NCBI RefSeq assembly: GCF_006345805.1
Contig: NC_043009.1
Span: 27,280,001-27,344,000 of the forward strand
Length of the DNA stretch: 64,000 bases
Origin: Octopus sinensis
Taxonomy: Eukaryota
Direction of reading: 5' to 3'
The translations under genes were made by a program, and so were the position numbers. Positions 41,743 to 64,000 of this stretch are shown here, piece after piece (position 1 is the stretch's first letter; each line of letters opens with the position of its first letter). Under the pieces are notes generated by a model. That model saw only the letters and a program-made list of their open reading frames with translations. It was not told the DNA's origin and ran no database searches.

Positions 41743-42049
41743 ATAAGTTACTCTCACCTACATACATACATACATACATACATACATACATACATACATA
41801 CATACATGACGGCTGTCCACTCGTGACCGAGGACGATCACAGCTGACCTTCAGGAACATTGTGCGCTCTAGGACTAACTTATATTTTGCATTTGTGACTC
41901 TGTTGGTGGCTAATGAGCCCTGCTCTTGACAAGCATACACGTCTGAAAACATTGCAAACCAAGCTTTCTTCATTCACTACACCACCAGCACACTTTCGAG
42001 CAACATACATACATACATACATACATACATACATACATACATACATACA

Positions 42050-42080
<31 letters not shown>

Positions 42081-42627
42081 GCGTTTGCAATCCAGGAACA
42101 GGAGATTGCCATAAAGTATCTGGCGAGCAAGAGAGACAGTGACATTCCTGTTATCCCAAGGTGCAGCCGTATGTGTAGGCTACATCATGTTTCTGCGGAA
42201 CACATTACGCATGTGATTAGCAGCTGTCCTAAAATGTCGTCACGGCACTACTTCCCTATGCGGCACGATGTTGTTGCTAAAGGAGAATATGGATAAACTG
42301 GGATTTTCAGAGAGAGAAATGAGCCGGCTGATTCATACATTACAAGTACAATCTGTGAGTGGAACAGTAAAAATATGCAAGACTTTCCTCAAGTTCCAAA
42401 TGTGAATTTGTCCGTGTTAACTACATCTCAAAGATGGAACATTGTATCTTTGTTGGAAACCGGCTCCCTCTTCAGTGGAAGATTTATAATAATTAAAAAA
42501 TAGAAGAGACATACATACATACATACATACATACATACATACATACATACATACATGCATACATGCATACATACAAACATACATACATACATACATGCAT
42601 ACATACATGCATGCATACATACATACA

Positions 42628-42659
<32 letters not shown>

Positions 42660-43960
42660 ATTTCACTACTCTTATAAATCCTCTGCTTTTGTTATGGTAA
42701 TACACCAATGAACATATAAAAGCGATAAAACTAACATATTTCCATCAATCAAAAACAATACATAACTGAAGAGGTCATAACTAGATCAAAACATGACAAG
42801 CGTTATCTCCCGTGCACGTTGAATATCTTACGATCAGTGATGTAGCTAGGATATGGCAGGCAGGGCACTTGTCATGAGCGAAGTTCTGAGGGTGGGGCGC
42901 AATTTTGAGTCATGAATGAGTAAACTAACTTACATTTGGCAAATTTTTTCTGTCCATTCATGCACCTCCATGTACGCTGCGGCAAATTTTGTTGATGTGT
43001 GGGTGGTCTCAAGAATGTGGGCCAATGCCACCCCCAGAAAGCACCCCACCATGATATTTGTTGTTTTGAATCAAGAAGTATGCAGGTAGACCTTAGCGCC
43101 TCACTCCCGCAAGTTAATATCCTTCTGCCTTCAGACCATCATCGGTGCACTTCCCTCTCTATCCTCGCTTGTCAAAATACCTATTCGCTAGTTTTATAAA
43201 TTGGTTACGAGCCAAGTAAGTCATTTGAGCTGTACACCCCCCTTGCAAATTAGCACGCAGCCTTGTCAGAAGTAGCTCCTTCGCCTAAACGTTTAAACCG
43301 ATATACGTATAGCTATTTGCCTGACAGTTGTCAACGTTCTCTGCAAAGAATTGGTTGATATGGCAATTTCAGATCATTTATCTTTATACTGACGATCTTC
43401 TTGGGAATTAATCCTTACGTTTCTTCCTAGCTCAAAGTTGTTGATCATACTTGCGTGAGTAAATATTTCCGATATTCTTATGCCTGTGCACAGTGGTAGA
43501 TTTAGTTTCAAAAAGGTTTGAAAGATTATTTCTGATATGATTTTATTTTTCACTTGCATATGCAAGCAGAGTAATTTTTTAATGTTAAAACGTAAACATG
43601 AACCAAATTTGTTGACACGTTTTCTAACCAGACCCACTCAAATCCATTCAATCAAAAATCTTTAATTTTCAACACTGCAATGGTACGGACTCGAAATAAT
43701 CGTTTTTTTTTTACTGAAAATACTGTGAAACTGTCAAAATTGTATCGCATACAGAAAAAAATTGTCAACTTTTTCCTCACGTGTGACTGAATATTGAAAA
43801 AAGTAAATAAGTAGTATATTCAATATTGTAAAACTCAATATTTACTCCCCGGGGTGAATTAGAATTTTTATTTTACCACAGTGGTATGTGGCGTTACTTG
43901 CTTTATTTGATGTAAAAGAATTAAAGTGCGTAGATCTGCGTAGAGCGTCTTCTTAAAGAA

Positions 43961-44636
43961 ATGAATGCGAGGTCTTCCTGGCTGCGCGATCTTGACGCCA
44001 AATTTTGCTTCCTTATCGATGTCCAGTGTCTGCGTTTTGGCAGTTTTGCGGATCTCCGGACACGTTGCATTACCTTTGGGGACGTCTACAGCAACGATAT
44101 CGATGCAACCGAACTTTTCGAAGAAATCCTCGATCGCAGAATGCTATTTGCAGGTCGCGAACACCACCAAATATCAAATTCTGAAGATCTTCTTCAATTT
44201 ATCGTCCAATATGGAGATGAAAGTGTGTTCCCTAACCTTCGCGTCGCGATATAGATTCTGCTGACAGTAGCTGTTTCCATTGCTGGTTGCGAGAGATCCT
44301 TCAGCAAGCTGAACCTGATCATATCCTTCCTGAGATCTTCTATGACACAAGGAAGACTCCGTGACCTCACGTTGCTGAGCATGGAGCGAGGAGAAGTGAA
44401 CACCAATTTCGATTGTATCATTGACAACTTTGCATCGAAGAAAGCTAGAAGGGAACCCCTTTAAAATAGTCAATGTCTACTTTCTGAATAAATAAATTTT
44501 ATGAATATTTTCTGACTAAATAACTGTTTCGTTTTCTCTTAAAAATGGATCGGATGGATTAGGATTGGAAATGGTGGTGGGGAGGGCGCAAATTTTGGCT
44601 GTGCCCTGCACGCCATTTACCCTATTTACGCCACTG
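43961..44636 (+). mobile_element. hAT transposon 3' end (dimerization domain plus right TIR), unit 2 only
   Basis: FPNLRVAI*ILLTVAVSIAGCERSFSKLNLIISFLRSSMTQGRL...; stop at 44464; TIR tacgccactg at 44627-44636. Confidence 0.88.
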
Positions 44637-47600
44637 CTTACGATATCAATATTTGCCTAAATTTGTCTTTTCGTCGTTACATCTCAAGCAATAGTTCATT
44701 TACACGAAACAGTCTGTGAATTAAAGATAAGTGTGTCAACTGCACCCTCTAATACTGAATTCGTTTCCACTTCAATGAACTTCAGTTATGAGATATTTAT
44801 ATCGCATACAGAAAAAATTGCCAACTTTTACCTCACGTGTGACTGATCTTGAAAAAAGCAAATATTCAATATTGCAAAACTCAATATTTACTTCCCGGGT
44901 TGAATTGGGATTTTTTATTTTACCACAGTGTTATGCGGCGTTACTTGCTTTATTTGATGTAAAAGAATTAAAGTGTGTAGATCTGCGTAGAGCATCTTCT
45001 TAAAGAAAGGAACGCGAGTTGACGGCAAATTTGGCTACCTTATGAGAGACATTCTGACAGAAATGTATAAACTCACTATTCTATTACCTTGACGAAATTT
45101 TTTCTACGGTGGAGTAGAACATATGTGGTAAGTAGCGTTATTTATTTTGGATAGAAATCCACTTTAAATGAACACTTTGAATGATTAAGTTTCAATGTGA
45201 ATTGTTTTAATAAACATATCCACAAATACAATTGCATCTCTATCTGCACGCAGGCTTATAGGAAGGAAAAAAAAGTACTGCTAAATGTGCACTGGCAAGC
45301 ACGCACACACACACACACACACACGTGAAATCAGCGTGTATGAATATACATACGTACATATATATTTATATATGAATATATAAATTTATATATATATATA
45401 TATAAACACACACATGCATTATTAACGACTACGCAAATATTTAAAACAATACATTCCAAAGAGATATCTCAAGAATTCAATCACTACTACCATCCACAAT
45501 AAGTCACTTTCAGGACACTTGACCATTTAGCATCCTACTACCATCATACCGCTCCCGCATTCTTCTTCTTCTTCTTCTTCTTCTTCTTCTGGCATAAATG
45601 TTAGCACGCTGAGCGAAATGCTTAGAGGTATTTTGCCTGCCGTTACGTTCTGAGTTCAAATTCCGCCGAGGTCGACTTTGCCTTTCATCCTTTCGAGATG
45701 AAGCAAGTACCAGTTACGCACTGGGGTCGATGTAATCGACTTAATTCGTTTGTCTGTCCTTATTTGTTCTCTCTGTGTTTAGCCCCTTGTGGGTAGTAAA
45801 GAAATAAGAAATGAAGCTTACGATAACGTAGTCCAAGACACTCAAATTAAATCTGTATAGCATTGTGAAATTCCCAGCTGTCTTTGTAACTGGTTTGTCT
45901 GCTTTGTCACTCACGGTAGTGCAAGATAGATTCTTGGAAATTATAAAAAGCAAAGAATGTACTCTTATGAGGTCGACTTTGCTTTCATCCTTTCGAAGTC
46001 GATAAATTAACTACCAGTTGTGTACTTCGGTCGATCAAATCGACTGGTCTCCTCCCCCAAAATTTCGGGCCTTGTTCCTAGAGTAGATAAGAATATTTCT
46101 TCTTTCCTTCAGATTATGTTCGACACGAGACATTTTTGTTTTATCGTGTATGTATGTGTGTGTGTGTGTGTGTGTGCGAGTGAATGTGCGACTGAGTTTG
46201 TGTGTGCTTCTTATGTAATGCGTGGTTGTATAGTTTGTGTTATATATTAATGGTGTAGCATATCGAATATAATCTGTGCCAATTGTTAATGTTTTATCAC
46301 CGTGTATTAATTATATATGTCAATTGCTGTGTTTCGTTGTAGCGATTCGAATGGAATGTCATAGGACTTCAGGGCTTTTCTTGCTTTCATACATTTCATT
46401 GCATTCCTGAACCTGAGTATTGGGGTGTCAAATTTATGATGGGAAAGGAGAGCATGGTGGAACCTTGGTTTCTTACTGATGGTAATTTTCATACATGAGA
46501 TGACCAGACGGTGATCAGTCCAACAGTCTTCAAAAACTCTTTACCCTATTTCTAAAGATGTGAGAAGCACGGTAGGTTCCAAATGAACTCAAAGACTCCG
46601 TCAATACCATTAGTTTCAAGAGAGGAGATCGAAAATCCTGCGGAAACTTTTGTGGAATCTCATTATTTTGCTATTGTAGGAACGAGTTGTGCTCGAATAC
46701 ACTTTAACCGTCTTCAGATCATTGCGGAATGAGGTCTTACAGAATCCTGATGTGGTTTTCGAGCATCCTGTTGAACCACAGACATGATCTTCTGTGCTAG
46801 GCAAATCGAAGAGAAGCACTGAGAACAACAACAAAACCACCTTTTCCTTGTGCTTATGATCTGGAAAAGGCTTTTGACAGTGTGCCGAGTCCAACCATGT
46901 GGATGGTGTTTGATAATTTCGGATGTCCTGATCATCTCGTCGCCCTTAACCAAGTCCTGCATGATGACATATCTGAACATGTTTTTCATCTTGATCGACT
47001 CGCATAAGAATCCCAATTCAATATGGATTGGAACAACGTTGTGTTCTCGCTCCTACGCTTCTTCCTGTACCTTGCTGCAATGATCCATGAACTTCTCACA
47101 GATAAACCAAGAAGAGATAGTAGATGCAGTTGCTGAGTGGTATGAACGAGATTAGAAAAGGCCTTTCAGAAGGCTTCCATGACGATGGTTTAACTAAACG
47201 ATTTTCACAAGATGGGCAACAAGAAAGAACAGGAAGTACATTGTGATCAGCGATGACATCCGATAGTCTAGTCGGTAGAGTGATACGGTTATATAATGAT
47301 TTCAAATTTTGCCACAAGGTCAGCTAATTTGGCGGAGCGGATGTGTCAATTACATTGTCCTCGGTGTTCAACTGTTACTTAATTTATCGATCTCAAAAGG
47401 ATGAAAGGCAAAGTCGACCTCGGTGGAATGTGAACTCAGAACATAGCAGCAGACGAAATACTCCCAAGCACTTCCCCAGGCGTGCTAACGATTCTGCCAG
47501 CTCACCGTCTTATATGGGTATATAATGTTTATAATGTTTCAAATTTCAGTTTTTTTGACATCAACAACGTTTTGGAGTCGTGTCTACAGAGTCTAGCAAA

Positions 47601-49124
47601 TCCGTGCCCAAATATATTAGAAAAACCGTTGAATCAAAAGAAGCAGCTATACTCGTGGTGCAAAAGACACATACGTTCCTAGTTAGATGGGATTCTGACT
47701 GAATTCCAGATTAAGTACGTATCAATTTAAATTTATTCTAATACATTTGGGAAATAAATTTCCATTGGAAACTCTTCTTATGCTTGTTGGAATACAATGT
47801 AACAACTTAAAATGACTGATATTAATCAGATAAATAGCCTCATAATCTATGTATAACTACAGCAGTATTTAATAATTTGTCTTATTGATATACTTTTATT
47901 GTGTAGTGCTATTATTGGTAAAAAGAATTACAAATTTGACGAGAAATTCTAGAAAAGCTGTGGTTTTAATATGGCTGAAAATGAAGAATTTCAACTGAAA
48001 TCAGTAAAACAGAAATCTACACGTAAATATTTTTATTCCTTAAATGGATTAAATAAAATGTTTTTTTTTTTTCGAATTAATAATTACAAAAATTCATTTA
48101 TCTTAGAATTTGTCGTTAAATGACGTTTTGAAATGTCTTATGATTTGAAGCAATTTTATATTTGGATTGTTTATGATTAAATTATTCCATTTAGGAAATG
48201 GAATACTTCATAACAAAACTTAATAAACGAATAAACGTAAGAACTCAATATATGTTTTAGATGTCAACACATGAATCCAGGCTATAAACCTCAGTATTAC
48301 GTATATTTTTAATCCCTCTCTTTACATTGATAGTAGAGCACAAGAAACATTAGGCTGCAGTTGAACACATATTTCTATCAGTAAATCTCTATTACATTTA
48401 CCATGGTGTGTCACACCTGGTGCTCACGCATTCAGTTATAAAGCAACTCAAGTGATTAAGGCTATAGAACTAAATATAATCTCCAGGTAGTTGTTGGTCC
48501 CAGTTTACTTTAGAAAAATAATATACTTTTTACTTATGAAAACCTTATGTTTGTGATCAACTATATAACGAATTCTTTCATTCAAATGAATATTCAAAAT
48601 TCATTTGTGAGCGTGATATTGTTGATATCATAGATACCAAGTAGCGCATTGGTGTATTAGGATATCAGCTACAACGTTTGTGTTTAATGTTTTAATGTAA
48701 AGTATATACTAATCATTATCCAGATGATATCTACAAATGTACATTATCTCTTGCTACTTGCCATCGTAAATTGTATTTTCAACTGAAGTAATCCGTTACT
48801 AATACGATATTTGCAAGATACATGGATGTTCAACATTCATGGGGCTGTACCACAAATATAACATCAAGTTAATGGGATTATCTAAAGGTCATTATTTTCC
48901 ATATAATTGTTTTAATTTGCTACTTTGTAAGACTAATTCAATAATGTCTCACGTGATTTTTGTCGCGTCTAAAGTAAATTCAGTGTAATATTACTATTGA
49001 AAAACAAATAAGTATTATTAAATAGTTTCGTTTCGAACACTTAAATTAATTATTTAGTTCTATATAGAATGATAGTATTCACTTTTCAATGAACTCATGT
49101 TTTTTAATTTTTTTAAAATTTCAG

Positions 49125-62107
<12,983 letters not shown>

Positions 62108-62223
62108 TAATGAGATAATATACGAAGTAGTTACAGTGATAACATAATAGGGAATAGTTTGTTTGATTAAATATGCTGGAGAATTTTACTTTCAAATTTT
62201 GTCCACACTGATATATTGCAACA

Positions 62224-62229
62224 AATAAA
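62224..62229 (+). promoter_or_regulatory. Candidate polyadenylation signal of G2 (equivalent at 2076-2081 for G0)
   Basis: AATAAA ~117 nt after the stop codon; position is plausible, but the motif is common in AT-rich DNA. Confidence 0.35.
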
Positions 62230-63088
62230 TTTGAGAAGAAAATTCAAACAATTTTGTGTTGACTTAAAACATTTCTCCATTCAACAAATCAAATGTTGAT
62301 AGAGGTTGACAAAGCACAATGTCACATTTTGCGTTCGTCAGTCGAAGTTTATATGACTAATACTAACGATAAGGTTTTTTTTTTCAAACTTAACATTAAT
62401 ATTGTGTATCTTATCAAACTAATATGAGTGAATCTGTTGGTAGAATTCGGACCATGAAAACCGAAAATATATATATAATATTATGATTCCTTCCTATGTT
62501 TTATCATCTCTTGCAAGTAGCCATCTTTATATGGTTCTTCTATTAATAACTATATCTTTGATTTATACACACACACGCACACACACATATATATATATAT
62601 ATATATGGGATGAATTAGAGAAATGGTTTGAACATCATTCTTATTTCAAATCACTGCAGTTGTTTCCACACATCGTTAGGCCTGTAGTACATTGGTGAGA
62701 TCATATAATTAAAATCTTGTGTAATCTCTATCATCAGTGAAAGGTGTAAAATTTGCATCTTCGAGAGATTATTTTTGCATAAATCCTTTGTTAGGCCGTT
62801 CTGACGTTTTTTAACTCTTATGAGAACGAATATCCAAAGCAGTGTGCTATTTTCAGCAATTTGCAAGCAAAAATAATCCCATAGATATAGTGACAGACAA
62901 AATACACGTTTAATCAAAATACAAAATACAGAAATAAAGAAACAGACACAGAAGCCATCTACCTCAAGTGAATTGTAAACTACAATTCTATATTTTTGGT
63001 GAGATTATAAGGAAGAAAAATAAAAGTAGAATGAAGAATAAAATTAGAGAAAATAATGTGATAAATAGTGACCGTTTCTGAGCTTATC

Positions 63089-63344
63089 AACTATTTACTA
63101 GAAAGTGAATCGAAAAGGAGTGATGTTTCATCAGGACAATGCGCGACCCCACTCTGCAAAGATCACATCACAGAAGATCGAAGAGCTTGGTTGGGAAAAA
63201 TTCCTCATCCACCTTATTCTCTCAACCTTGCTCCTTCAGACTACCATTTGTTTTGTAGTTTACAGAATCATTTGGGGGACATAACATTCGCAAGCCAGCG
63301 GGAGGAGGAAACTGACATTTCAGAGTTCTTCGCTTTGAAGCCAT
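63089..63344 (+). mobile_element. Mariner fragment (unit 3, 3' truncated)
   Basis: HPPYSLNLAPSDYHLF; deletion after FALKP. Confidence 0.85.
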
Positions 63345-63628
63345 GTGTGTGTGTGTGTGTACAACAGATTTCTACCAAATCTACTGAGAAGGCTCTGATC
63401 AATTTAGCTTCATTTCTTGCTTTGTGTGTGACGTGGTGCCCTTATTATTTCATGGGTTTATTAGTATTTGTTATAATAAAGCTAATGAAGTGATATTCAT
63501 GTCATAATAAAGCTCTTAAATGGGTATTTATAGCTTTACTCATCATCATGAAACATCATGTGGTGTCATAAATTCCCGAAAAGACAAAAATACACGCCCA
63601 TACAGACATTCACAGGCACAGATATATA

Positions 63629-63850
63629 TTTCTTTACTGCCCACAAGAGGCTAAACATAGAGGGGACAAACAAGGACAGACAAAGGGATTAAGTCGATTA
63701 CATCGACCTCAGTGCGAAACTGGTACTTTATTTATCGACCCCGAAAGGATGAAAGGCAAAGTCGACCGCGGCGGAATTTGAACTCAGAACGTAACGACAG
63801 ACGAAATGCCGCTAAGCATTTAGCCCGACGCGTTAACGTTCCTGCCAGCT
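63629..63850 (-). mobile_element. SINE family 1 copy
   Basis: Reverse-complement match to 26556-26780. Confidence 0.8.
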
Positions 63851-64000
63851 TTTCACAAGCACAGATATAGACATGCGTATAATCACGGACAGGTATACAT
63901 ATAAAGCTTGCATATGCACAAATATAAATATAACAGACTCGTGAAGTCGCGTGCATATATTGCAGAATTCATTCGAAATCTGAAACCCCTGTCACCGAGG

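Noticed and set aside
45060-45135. atatgtg|gtaagt as a coding first exon of G2
   Set aside because: In the required phase there is no ATG after an in-frame TAG; it could only be a UTR exon, and nothing supports that.

Overview
AT-rich, microsatellite- and SINE-dense eukaryotic DNA. The repeat families and compound microsatellites point to an octopus-type cephalopod genome (inference). The window is a head-to-tail tandem array of about 30-kb units, each carrying an 8-exon SLC22-family (MFS organic cation/anion/zwitterion transporter) gene on the + strand. G0 shows only its last exon (1747-1960). G1 (17789-31687) is disrupted. G2 (49125-62107) has an intact reading frame of about 550 aa across eight GT-AG exons. 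Each spacer holds a 'graveyard' of five decayed SLC22 exons from older paralogs, in non-colinear order. TE remnants include mariner, Tc1, maT-like, hAT, RTE, R4-type, CRE-type, Penelope, Helitron-like, a MITE and three SINE families. The most notable items are an apparently intact hammerhead-ribozyme motif on the sense strand of the last intron of G2 (61467-61551, inside a G2-specific ~270-bp insert) plus several decayed hammerhead motifs, a perfect 104-bp inverted repeat in G2 intron 2, a 38-bp palindrome at a deletion junction, and mosaic identity between units. No prokaryotic features are present, and most ORF-track entries are microsatellite translations. All alignments were done by eye, so TE boundaries are approximate.
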